Positions 55,135-64,000 of a DNA stretch of 64,000 nucleotides are shown here, in pieces. The translations under genes and the position numbers were made by a program. How positions within the stretch are numbered: the stretch's first letter is position 1; every line of letters starts with the position of its first letter. Source of the stretch: Longimicrobiales bacterium (GTDB lineage Bacteria > Gemmatimonadota > Gemmatimonadetes > Longimicrobiales > Gaopeijiaceae); assembly GCA_965204735.1 (NCBI GenBank), contig OZ242008.1, forward strand, positions 64,001 to 128,000, given 5' to 3'. The notes below the pieces were generated by a model that saw only the letters and a list, made by a program, of their open reading frames with translations, ran no database searches and was not told the origin of the DNA.

Positions 55135-58100
55135 AGTACCGCGACCTGGTCCAGTTCGACTCCATCGAGTCCGTGGTGCAGCTTCGCAACGCGGCGAAGC
55201 AAGACGAGGCTCGGCGGCTGGTCGAGTCCTACGTCGTGTCCGACGAGATGGCGGAGAAGCTGTCGGCGGTGGTGATTCCCCAGCTTCAGTACGACGCTGC
55301 CGCCGACAACCGGGGCCTTCTGGTAGTGGGCAACTACGGCACGGGCAAGTCCCATCTGATGGCGGTGCTGGCCGGGGTCGCCGAGCACGCGGAGTTGGCC
55401 GAGCGCCTCACGCATCCAAAGCTGGTCGAGGCAGCCAGGGCCGTGGCGGGCCGCTTCAAGGTGATCCGGGTGGAGATTGGGGCGTCGCAGATGCCCTTGC
55501 GGGACATCGTGGCGAACGAGCTGGAGGAAGGGACGGCCGCCATGGGCGTCCGCTACGCCTTCCCGCCCGCCGACGAAGTGCGCAGCAACAAGCACTGCTT
55601 CGAGGAGATGATGACGGCGTTCCACGGCGTCTTCCCCGACCACGGCCTCTTGCTGGTGGTGGACGAGCTCCTGGACTACTTGCGGTCGCGGAAGGACCAG
55701 GAGCTGGTGTACGACCTGAACTTCATGCGGGAAGTGGGCGAAGTGTGCCGCGACTTGCGCTTCCGCTTCATGGCCGGCGTGCAGGAAACGATCTTCGGCG
55801 CTCCCTCGCTGGCGTTCGCGGCCCAGGCGCTTCGGCGGGTCAAGGACCGCTTCGAGCAAGTGCTCATCGCCAAGAGCGACGTGAAGTTCGTGGTGGCCGA
55901 GCGCCTGCTGAAGAAGACGGCTGACCAGAAGGCCAGGATACGCGAGCACTTGGCGCCCTTCGCCAAGTTCTACGAGCGCATGAACGAGGGCATGGACGAG
56001 TACGTGCACCTATTCCCCGTGCACCCCGCCTACATCGACACCTTCGACCAAGTGGCCCAGGCCGAGAAGCGGGAGATCCTCAAGACGCTCTCCCGAGCGA
56101 TGCACAAGATGCTCGACGAAGAGCTTCCCGCGGATCACCCGGGACTCGTCACCTACGACAGCTACTGGAACACGTTGCGCGAGAACCCGGCGTTCCGCGC
56201 CGTGCCAGACATCCGCGCCGTCGTTCAGTGCAGCGAAGTGCTGGAGGCGCGGGTCCGGCAGGCGTACACGCGGCCCCAGTACATGGCGATGGCGCTGCGG
56301 ATCATACACGCGCTCTCGGTCCACAGGCTCACGACCGGCGACATACACTCGAAGCTGGGCGCCACGGGGAAGGAGCTGCGGGACTCCTTGTGCCTGCACC
56401 AGCCCGGCGTCGAGAACCTGGGGGGCGATCCGGCCGACGACCTCCTGACCCAGGTCGAAGCCGTCCTGCACGAGATATACAAGACGGTGAGCGGCCAGTT
56501 CGTCTCGTCGAACCCCGACAACGGCCAGTACTACCTGGACCTGAAGAAGACCGACGACTACGACGCCTTGATCGAGGCGCGCGCCGAGACGTTGGAGGCC
56601 TCCAAGCTGGACCGCTACTACTACGACGCGCTCCGGCGGATCATGGAGTGCACGGATCAGACCTACGTCACCGGCTACCAGATATGGGAGCACGAGCTGG
56701 TCTGGCCGGACCGGAAGGCGTCCAGGCGCGGCTACTTGTTCTTCGGGGCGCCCAACGAGCGTTCCACCGCCGTGCCTCCGAGGGACTTCTACCTGTACTT
56801 CATCCAGCCCTACGAGCCGCCCCGGTTCAAGGACGAGCAGAAGCCCGACGAGGTGTTCGTGCGGCTGGCGCGCCGCGACCAGACCTTCGACGAAGTGCTG
56901 ACAAGCTACGCCGCGGCGGCGGACTTGGCGCTGACGTCGTCGGGGCACGCCAAGAAGACCTACCAGGAGAAGGCGGACGGCTTCCTGCGCGAGATCGTGA
57001 AGTGGCTTCGCGAGAACATGATCGACGCCTTCCAGGGCACGTACCGGGGCCGCGCTCGAAGGCTGGTCGAGTGGAGCAAGGAGAAGTCGGTGCGCGAGGT
57101 CGCGGGCTTGCGTCCCGACGATGTGATCGACTTCCGCGGCTTCGTGAATGCGGTGGCCGGCCTGTGCCTATCGCCTCACTTTGCGGACCAGGCGCCCGGG
57201 TACCCCCGCTTCTCCGTGCTGGTCACGGACCAGAGCCGGGAACAGGCGGCCCGGGACGCCCTGCAGGTCGTGGCTGGCAAGCGCCCGACCGCCCAGGCCA
57301 CCGCTGTGCTGGACGCGCTGGGGCTGCTGGACGGCGACCGCATCGACCCCTCCGGCTCGCCCTACGCCGGACACGTGCGGGAGCTGCTGGAGCGGAAGGG
57401 TCACGGGCAGGTCGTGAACCGGAGCGAGGTCGTCGAGGTCGATCGCGGCGTCGAGTACATGGACAAGAACGGCCAGCGCCTGGAGCCCGAGTGGGTGGTG
57501 GTCGTGCTGGCGGCGCTGGTGCACTCCGGTCACGTGGTGCTGGCGGTGCCGGGGGCGGTGTTCGACGCGGTCGGTCTTCCCGAGATGGCGAAGCGCCCGA
57601 TCAAGGAGCTGATCGACTTCAAGCACTACAAGGCGCCGAAGGAGTGGAACCTGCCGGCGCTGACCGCCTTGTGCGAGCTGGTCGGCTTGCAGCCCGGCAC
57701 CGGCCGGCTGGCGACGCAGGGCCAGCAGGCGGCGGTCCAGCAGCTGCAGGAGAAGCTGACGGAGGTGGTGCAGCGGCTGGCCAAGAGCACGCACCTGGTC
57801 CATGAGGGACTTCCGTTCTGGGGCGCGCCCCTGCTGGCGGACGACGAGACCCAGCGGCTCCACGAAGGCATGAAGGGGACCAAGGTGTTCCTGGAGTCCC
57901 TTCAGGCGTACACGACGCCCGGCAAGCTGAAGAACTTCCGCCACTCCACCGACGATGTGGAGTCCCACGGCGCGGGCATGAAGTGCCTGGAGGAGGTCGA
58001 CGCGCTGAACAAGCTGCGGACCAGCTTGGACCCGCTGGCGTCCTACTTGACGGCCGCGCTGGCGGGACTGCCGTCGGAGCACGGATGGGCTGTTCGGGCG

Positions 58101-58865
58101 GGGAAGGTCCGGCGGGACGTGCTGACGCGCTTCGCCGACCCCAAGATGCGTCGCTCCGACGAGTTCCGCCGCAACGCCGGCCAAGCCCTGCGAGACCTGA
58201 AGGGCGAGTACGCGCGCATCTACTTGGCGGCTCACGCCAAGCACCGTCTGGGAGCGGCCGGCCAGGCGCAGAGGCGGCGCCTGCTGGCGAGCGCCCGGCT
58301 GAAGGGGCTGGCCAAGTTGTGCGCAATCGAGCTCCTGCCCAAGCGGCAGCTGGACGACTACCGCGAGCGGCTGAAGGGACTGGCCGCGTGCACGGCGCTC
58401 ATGGAGTCCGAGCTGCGCGCGGCGCCGGTGTGCGGCCACTGCGGCTTCCGCCTGGGCGTTGGCGACTCGGGGCCGTCGGCGGAGTCCGTGCTGGACGCCC
58501 TCGACCAAGCGGCGGACCGAATGCTGGCGCGGTGGTCCGACACGTTGCTGGAGAACTTGGCCGACTCCACCGCCCAGGAGAGCTTGAAGCTGCTGGAGCC
58601 GGCGGCCAAGGCGCTCGTGGACCGGTTCGTGGCCACTGGTCGGCTTGCGCAGGACCCGGAGCAGGAGCTGATCGACGCCTTGGCCGAGGCGCTGGCGGGG
58701 CTCGAGAAGGTGTCGGTGAGGCCGGCCGAGCTGTGCGCCGCCGTGGCCCCCGACGGCGCGCCCTCGACCCCGTCCGAGATGGTGAAGCGGCTGGCGGGCT
58801 GGTTGGAGGACCAGGTCGGCGGACGGGACGCGAGCAAGGTCAGGATCGTGCTGGAGGAGGAATGA
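55131..58865 (+). CDS. brxC: BREX type 3 large ATPase BrxC/PglY (DUF6079 family)
   Basis: '[18 protein letters not shown]', [10 protein letters not shown], 'VVDELLDYL', C-terminal CxxC and 'KVRIVLE'. Confidence 0.9.
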   Translation: MKYRDLVQFDSIESVVQLRNAAKQDEARRLVESYVVSDEMAEKLSAVVIPQLQYDAAADNRGLLVVGNYGTGKSHLMAVLAGVAEHAELAERLTHPKLVEAARAVAGRFKVIRVEIGASQMPLRDIVANELEEGTAAMGVRYAFPPADEVRSNKHCFEEMMTAFHGVFPDHGLLLVVDELLDYLRSRKDQELVYDLNFMREVGEVCRDLRFRFMAGVQETIFGAPSLAFAAQALRRVKDRFEQVLIAKSDVKFVVAERLLKKTADQKARIREHLAPFAKFYERMNEGMDEYVHLFPVHPAYIDTFDQVAQAEKREILKTLSRAMHKMLDEELPADHPGLVTYDSYWNTLRENPAFRAVPDIRAVVQCSEVLEARVRQAYTRPQYMAMALRIIHALSVHRLTTGDIHSKLGATGKELRDSLCLHQPGVENLGGDPADDLLTQVEAVLHEIYKTVSGQFVSSNPDNGQYYLDLKKTDDYDALIEARAETLEASKLDRYYYDALRRIMECTDQTYVTGYQIWEHELVWPDRKASRRGYLFFGAPNERSTAVPPRDFYLYFIQPYEPPRFKDEQKPDEVFVRLARRDQTFDEVLTSYAAAADLALTSSGHAKKTYQEKADGFLREIVKWLRENMIDAFQGTYRGRARRLVEWSKEKSVREVAGLRPDDVIDFRGFVNAVAGLCLSPHFADQAPGYPRFSVLVTDQSREQAARDALQVVAGKRPTAQATAVLDALGLLDGDRIDPSGSPYAGHVRELLERKGHGQVVNRSEVVEVDRGVEYMDKNGQRLEPEWVVVVLAALVHSGHVVLAVPGAVFDAVGLPEMAKRPIKELIDFKHYKAPKEWNLPALTALCELVGLQPGTGRLATQGQQAAVQQLQEKLTEVVQRLAKSTHLVHEGLPFWGAPLLADDETQRLHEGMKGTKVFLESLQAYTTPGKLKNFRHSTDDVESHGAGMKCLEEVDALNKLRTSLDPLASYLTAALAGLPSEHGWAVRAGKVRRDVLTRFADPKMRRSDEFRRNAGQALRDLKGEYARIYLAAHAKHRLGAAGQAQRRRLLASARLKGLAKLCAIELLPKRQLDDYRERLKGLAACTALMESELRAAPVCGHCGFRLGVGDSGPSAESVLDALDQAADRMLARWSDTLLENLADSTAQESLKLLEPAAKALVDRFVATGRLAQDPEQELIDALAEALAGLEKVSVRPAELCAAVAPDGAPSTPSEMVKRLAGWLEDQVGGRDASKVRIVLEEE

Positions 58866-58905
58866 CACGGGACGGGGCGGAAAGAGGGTCGTACTGCCGC
58901 AGAAC

Positions 58906-59000
58906 GGGGTTGGTCACTGACCAAGCTGCCGCGCCTAAAGGGGGGTTGGTCACTGCTGGAGTGACCAACTTGACGGGACGCCGCAATTTGATTATACATT
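58906..59000 (+). promoter_or_regulatory. Paired palindromic operator-like sites plus sigma70-like promoter upstream of pglXI
   Basis: TTGGTCA-C-TGACCAA (58910-58924), GTTGGTCACT-N5-AGTGACCAAC (58945-58969), TTGACG-N17-TATACA (58970-58998). Confidence 0.55.
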
Positions 59001-59027
59001 AAGAATGGTTTGCCCCGTACCCACCCC

Positions 59028-61814
59028 ATGACCAACTCGCCGAGCAAGCTCTTTGAGCGGAAGGCGACCCCGACGACCGACCAGGTCGAATGCTTGGGCC
59101 TGACCTTCGAGTCCGACGACGCCCGGCGCGAGCACTTCTTGCAGCGGCTGCGCGAGAAGCTCCCCGAGTTGCGCAAGCGTTCCGACTTCCCCAAGGGGGA
59201 GGACGAGAACATCCTGCGCATGTCGGACCCGCCGTACTACACGGCCTGCCCGAACCCCTTCCTGGCCGAGTTCGTCGAGTGCTACGGCGCGCCCTACGAC
59301 CCCGCCGAGGAGTACCACCGCGAGCCGTTCGCCGTGGACGTGAGCGTGGGCAAGACCGATCCGCTCTACCGGGCGCACGGCTATCACACCAAGGTGCCCC
59401 ATCTGGCGATCGTCCCGTCGATCCTGCACTACACCGAGCCCGGCGACATCGTGCTGGACGGCTTCTGCGGCTCGGGGATGACCGGCGTGGCCGCCCAGTG
59501 GTGCGGCGCGGTCCCGGAGGAGTACCGCCGCAAGCTCGAGAAGGAATGGAAGGACCAAGGCCGGGAGCCGCCCAAGTGGGGCGCGCGGCGGACAGTTCTG
59601 GGCGACCTGTCCCCCGCGGCCACCTTCATCGCCGCCAACTACAACATCCCCTTCAACGTGGACGAGTTCGCCGAGGCGGCCAAGCGGCTGCTGGACGATG
59701 TGGAGAAGGAAGTCGGCTGGATGTACGAGACGCTCCACACCGACGGCAAGACCAAGGGTCGGATCAACTACACGGTATGGAGCGAGGTGTTCTCGTGCCC
59801 GGAGTGCGGTGGAGAGGTGGTGTTCGGCAGGGAGGCGGTGGACGCCCGGACCAAGAAGGTGAAGAAGGAGTTTCCGTGCCCGGAGTGCGGGGCGGTGCTG
59901 ACGAAGATACGGCTCGTGCGGAGCTCTTCTGCCCGGTGGGACCGAGCCCTTGAACGGAGCGTAGACGAACCCAAGCGAGTGCCTGTCCTCATCAACTATC
60001 AGATCGGCAACGACAGGCACGAAAAGGAGCCGGACAGCGCCGACCTTCAACTTCTCGAACGAATCGCAGCCATGGAGCCCCTTCAAGGCGTGCCTTTGGA
60101 CCGCATGATGCACGTCTCCGACGGCGTGACCAAGTGGGGCGACAAGTGGCGGGCCGGATCTGCCTCGTTTCAACACGTGCACCATTTGTTCTTGCCTCGA
60201 GCCGCGCGTACTCTGGCTTGCCTGTGGGGCCGGGTTCGCCAACAGAACGACCTGCGGTTGCGCAACATGCTCGTGTTCTTGGCCGAGCAGGCGATCCTCG
60301 GCATGTCCATCTTGAATCGGTACGGTCCAACCCACTACTCCCAGGTGAACCGTGCGATGTCCGGGGTGTACTACGTCAGCTCCCAGATCTCGGAATGCTC
60401 TCTACGCTACAACCTAGCCGGACGCACTGGTCGATTGCCCAAGGCGTTCACGCCCATGCCTTCGCGTCGTGGCCATGCTGTCGTATCGGCCGTGGACTGC
60501 GGACGCATCCCGATTCCGGCGGATTCCGTCGACTACATCTTCACTGACCCACCCTTCGGCGACAGCTTGGCCTACGCCGAACTCAACTTCGTCGTCGAGG
60601 CGTTCCACGGCGTCTTCACGAACCAAGCTCCGGAAGCGATCGTCAGCCCGACGTACCGCAAGCAGCTGGACGAATACCAAGTGCTCATGCGACGCTGCTT
60701 CCGCGAATACGCCCGGGTGCTCAAGCCGGGGCGGTGGATGACCGTCGTGTTCCACAACTCCCAGAACTCGGTTTGGAACGCCATTCAGGAGGGCCTGTCC
60801 GCCGCCGGCTTGGTCGTGGCCGACGTGCGCACGCTGGACAAGAAGGTGGGCTCCTACAACCAAGCCGTTGCCAGCGGCGCCGTGAAGCAAGACCTGGTCA
60901 TCTCGTGCTACAAGCCGTCCCGCGACCTGGAGGCGCGCTTCAAGCTGACGGCCGGAAGCGAAGACGGCGTCTGGGAGTTCGTCCACAATCACCTCAGGAA
61001 CCTGCCGGTGTTCGTGGCCAAAGGGGACGTGGCGGAGATCGTGGCCGAGCGCCTCGACTACCTCCTCTTCGACCGAATGGTGGCGTTCCATGTCCAGCGA
61101 GGTGTCATCATCCCCCTCTCTGCCGCCGAGTTCTACGAAGGCCTGAAGCAGCGGTTCGCGGCCCGCAACGGTATGTACTTCCTCCCCGAGCAAGCCGTCG
61201 AGCACGACCGCAAGCGCCTCACGGTCCGGCGCATCGAGCAGTTGGCCCTCCTCGTAACCGACGAGAAGTCCGCCATCGAGTGGTTGCGCCTCCAGCTGAA
61301 GGCCCGTCCCCGGACCTTCCAGGCGATCCACCCCGACTTCGTCCGCGAACTCGGCGGCTGGCAGAGGCACGAGCAGCTTCTGGAGCTGTCCACCCTCCTG
61401 GAGCAGAACTTCCTCTGCTACGACGGCGAAGACGAAGTCCCCTGCCAGATTCACGGCTACCTGTCCAGCAACTACAAGAACGCCCGCAACCTCCCCAAGG
61501 ACGCTCTCCACCTCCAGAAGCGCGCCAAGGACCGCTGGTACGTACCGGACGTCAACAAGGCCACCGACCTGGAGCGGCTCCGGGAGCGCACGCTCCTCCG
61601 GGAGTTCCAGACCTACCGAGAGCCGTCGCTGCGGCGCCTGACGAAGTTCCGCCTGGAGGCCGTCCGCGCCGGCTTCCGCCGCGCCTGGGGAAAGGGCGAC
61701 TACGACACGATCCTCGATATCGCCCGGAAGGTCCCCGACAAGGTGCTCCGGGAGGACCTCCAGCTGCTGATGTGGTACGACCAGGCGAAGAGAAGAAAGG
61801 AGGCGGAGGGGTGA
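59028..61814 (+). CDS. pglXI: BREX type 3 DNA methyltransferase PglXI
   Basis: 'YHTKVP', motif I DGFCGSG, two CPECG Zn knuckles, motif IV DPPF; follows brxC. Confidence 0.88.
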   Translation: MTNSPSKLFERKATPTTDQVECLGLTFESDDARREHFLQRLREKLPELRKRSDFPKGEDENILRMSDPPYYTACPNPFLAEFVECYGAPYDPAEEYHREPFAVDVSVGKTDPLYRAHGYHTKVPHLAIVPSILHYTEPGDIVLDGFCGSGMTGVAAQWCGAVPEEYRRKLEKEWKDQGREPPKWGARRTVLGDLSPAATFIAANYNIPFNVDEFAEAAKRLLDDVEKEVGWMYETLHTDGKTKGRINYTVWSEVFSCPECGGEVVFGREAVDARTKKVKKEFPCPECGAVLTKIRLVRSSSARWDRALERSVDEPKRVPVLINYQIGNDRHEKEPDSADLQLLERIAAMEPLQGVPLDRMMHVSDGVTKWGDKWRAGSASFQHVHHLFLPRAARTLACLWGRVRQQNDLRLRNMLVFLAEQAILGMSILNRYGPTHYSQVNRAMSGVYYVSSQISECSLRYNLAGRTGRLPKAFTPMPSRRGHAVVSAVDCGRIPIPADSVDYIFTDPPFGDSLAYAELNFVVEAFHGVFTNQAPEAIVSPTYRKQLDEYQVLMRRCFREYARVLKPGRWMTVVFHNSQNSVWNAIQEGLSAAGLVVADVRTLDKKVGSYNQAVASGAVKQDLVISCYKPSRDLEARFKLTAGSEDGVWEFVHNHLRNLPVFVAKGDVAEIVAERLDYLLFDRMVAFHVQRGVIIPLSAAEFYEGLKQRFAARNGMYFLPEQAVEHDRKRLTVRRIEQLALLVTDEKSAIEWLRLQLKARPRTFQAIHPDFVRELGGWQRHEQLLELSTLLEQNFLCYDGEDEVPCQIHGYLSSNYKNARNLPKDALHLQKRAKDRWYVPDVNKATDLERLRERTLLREFQTYREPSLRRLTKFRLEAVRAGFRRAWGKGDYDTILDIARKVPDKVLREDLQLLMWYDQAKRRKEAEG

Positions 61815-61837
61815 GCGGCAAGACTCCTCTGCCCGGG

Positions 61838-63427
61838 TCAGGGCAGGCCGCTAGTCAGTCCGGCCCTCGCGAGAGAAAACGGGAACAAGTACTCATAGAA
61901 GAACCATGCAAGGTTGTAATTCGCCCACATGTTTTCCAGTGGGTATTGATCGGGGGCATCATTCGTTGGTCCATAACGATCCAACTCCACCCTAGCAGCC
62001 CGTGGCAAAACTGCTTGGCGCGGAACGCCGGGAATTGGGCGGAGGCGGGCGTCCAGCGGAGCCCCGAACGACGCGAATGCCGGGAATTGGGCCCGGAGAG
62101 CCCCCGAGAGGCCGCAGAACGCCCTGAGAGGGCCAAAATGGCCCCGAAATCGGCGTAAAACAGTGGACGCAGCCCCTGCCAAGCAGGAATCGAGCACAGC
62201 TTGCGCTGTGGCGGGGCGGCCCTGCAGGCCCCGAGGCGTGCCGACTCCGAAGCGTTTTCGCATCAGCAGCCCCAGGTTGAAGGCGGCGACGTGAATCAGC
62301 ATCCGCTTTCGGATCTCCTCCTGGCCTCGGACGTGCACACGCCGCATCCCGCCCGTCACCAGCAGGTGCGCGAACGTCCGCTCCAGCTTCTCGCCCCGCA
62401 GCCGCAGCAGCCACTTGCCGCGCTCTCCCCGTATCCGCCTCCGGTTCGCGTAGACCTGCTTCCTCGCGTCCTTTGCCTGCTTCCAGTTCCGGCGGCCTCG
62501 GGCGGGCTCGCTCACGTAACTGCGCAGCCCCCGCCCCGCGACCTCCTCCATCGTCTTGTTCGAGTGGTAGCCCTTGTCGCACACCACTTCCGCCGCCTCA
62601 CCACCCAACTCCGCCAGCTGCTCCGCCGCTTCGTCCAGCGTCTCCGCCAGCGACGCCACGTCGCCCCCGTCGGTCGTCTGAACCGTCACCCCCACCACCG
62701 CGCCCGACTCCAGGTCCACCGCCTGCTCCAGCTTGTGCGCCAAGTGCGTGCGACCGTCCTTCATCTTCGCGATCCGCGCCTCCGGGTCGCCCAGATGCAC
62801 CCACTCCGCATTCGATCCCTTCTTCGACCGCTTCCGGTCCAGCTTCGCCAACTCCTCCCGCGTCGGCGTCTCGATCCCCGACGCCCGCGCCAACTCGCGC
62901 AGCCACTCCTCGTAGCTCGTGCCCTCGTCGCGCCGCACGATCGACCGCATCGCCGCGTTCGCCTCCAGCGTCGTCGAGTCCACGCCCAGCGTGCCGCCGC
63001 TCAGCAGCCCCGAGTCGTCCAACAGCTTCAGCGCCCGGGCGAACACCGCCACGTGCGCCTCCAAGCTCAGCCGCTTGCGCGTCCTCGACAGGCTCGAATG
63101 GTCCGGCGGGTTCTTCGTCAGCCCGTAGCCCAGGAAGTCGCGCAGCGACAACGAGTCCTTGCACCGCCACGCGATGCCCCGCTCCGACCCGATCCCTTCC
63201 AGGTACCCCACCATCATCATGCGGAAGTACACGCCGGGGGGTATGCCGGGCCTGCCCACGTTGCCCGCGTAGAACTCCTGGCACAGGTCCTCGGTGAACT
63301 CGTCGAAGCCGCTCTCGCCCAGCAGCCCGTTCAGAGCCCGATAGAACGGGTTCTCCGCCGCGCTGATCTCGCTGGTCGCCACGAACAGCGCCTGCTCCGG
63401 CGCGCTCCGCTGCCTGCCCATCGCCAT
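61838..63427 (-). CDS. DDE transposase (IS1182/IS5-like), reading through the IS end
   Basis: 'GRPGIPP', 'SERGIAW', 'PDHSSLSR', 'VDST', 'DKGY', 'ERTFA'. No stop inside the element. GAAGGAGG RBS. Confidence 0.9.
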   Translation of the reverse strand: MAMGRQRSAPEQALFVATSEISAAENPFYRALNGLLGESGFDEFTEDLCQEFYAGNVGRPGIPPGVYFRMMMVGYLEGIGSERGIAWRCKDSLSLRDFLGYGLTKNPPDHSSLSRTRKRLSLEAHVAVFARALKLLDDSGLLSGGTLGVDSTTLEANAAMRSIVRRDEGTSYEEWLRELARASGIETPTREELAKLDRKRSKKGSNAEWVHLGDPEARIAKMKDGRTHLAHKLEQAVDLESGAVVGVTVQTTDGGDVASLAETLDEAAEQLAELGGEAAEVVCDKGYHSNKTMEEVAGRGLRSYVSEPARGRRNWKQAKDARKQVYANRRRIRGERGKWLLRLRGEKLERTFAHLLVTGGMRRVHVRGQEEIRKRMLIHVAAFNLGLLMRKRFGVGTPRGLQGRPATAQAVLDSCLAGAASTVLRRFRGHFGPLRAFCGLSGALRAQFPAFASFGAPLDARLRPIPGVPRQAVLPRAARVELDRYGPTNDAPDQYPLENMWANYNLAWFFYEYLFPFSLARAGLTSGLP

Positions 63428-63511
63428 TGCCGTCCTCCTTCGAGAGGTTCGTCGCGTCCCTCTAACCTAACCAAACTGGAGCGCCAGCGCAGGGACTTTT
63501 GCCACAGGCTG
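61996..63511 (-). mobile_element. Insertion sequence (IS1182/IS5-related), 1516 bp, CTAG target-site duplication
   Basis: Terminal IRs CAGCCCGTGGCAAAA / TTTTGCCACAGGCTG (14/15 match), flanked by CTAG at 61992-61995 and 63512-63515. Confidence 0.9.
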
Positions 63512-64000
63512 CTAGTTGTCTTTTTCAGCTCCTCGTCAAACCACCCGGCACCATAGGTTCTTGCATCATGGTCAAAGAGACACAGCCGATCGTCAGGAAG
63601 TATTCTCTTGACATCCATGAGCCACTTCATCGACGCAGTTCCAAAAAAAGCCAGATCGTCGTTGGTGTACGTTCCATCTTTCAAGGCGGGGCGCGGCGGT
63701 AGGACGTCGGCTAGGTGGCGGCGACGCGTACGTGTTTCGTCCACAATCTTTCCAAAGGTATCGGCCTCAGTCCGTATCTGCTTTTGAAGCGTCTCTGGCA
63801 GATCATTGAAGAGATCGTCAAGGCTGTGAGTGTCCAGCCAGCTTGGACACATACCTTCTCGCAAGAGAGTGTGGGCCTTCATCGCCTTCAGCACTCCCTC
63901 TATGGCATAGTGCATCCCTGCCCCAATAAATCGATCCAATGTAATCGGATCGAAGGATCGTTGCACGAGACGGCCAACCTCATGTCTCTGCAAGAGATCT

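Larger units (their letters stand above)
61838..64000 (-). pseudogene. HEPN-like domain gene (5'-partial) interrupted by the IS
   Basis: Removing the IS and one CTAG joins ...KKTT-R-VELDRY... in frame. 'AIEGVLKA...THSLDDLF..L...RY' resembles HEPN-type proteins. Lower GC. Confidence 0.65.

Noticed and set aside
61811..62158. Plus-strand ORF starting at the GTG overlapping the pglXI stop (possible brxHII start)
   Set aside because: No helicase-like sequence; the region is better explained as the antisense of the HEPN-like tail and the IS end.

Overview
High-GC bacterial window. The gene repertoire (6-bladed beta-propeller lipoproteins, DUF5916-type protein, TolB/TPR protein, many peptidases) suggests a Gemmatimonadota-like, possibly host-associated organism; this is inference only. 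Housekeeping and metabolic genes (ilvE, a three-gene Sdh1-type succinate dehydrogenase, accA, a RicT/PSP1 protein, a sugar-salvage operon, peptidases, transporters) are interspersed with defence-like insertions. These are: four separate ABC/AAA_21-type ATPase loci; the 5' half of a type 3 BREX system (brxF, brxC/pglY, pglXI) followed by a HEPN-like gene split by an IS with a CTAG target duplication; and an unrecognised four-gene operon (GHKL ATPase, hypothetical, DUF6339-like protein, C5 DNA methyltransferase). The first gene of that operon carries a C18 homopolymer right after its likely ATG that puts it out of frame, making it a candidate phase-variable defence/modification system. Other highlights are a membrane-anchored squash-knottin-like six-cysteine miniprotein between a thioredoxin-fold remnant and beta-propeller lipoproteins, a palindromic operator/promoter inside BREX, a (GGGGCAA)4 G-quadruplex motif, an 11-bp-period repeat array and many short tandem duplications. 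No rRNA, tRNA or CRISPR array was recognised. Family names come from motif recognition by eye, not database searches.
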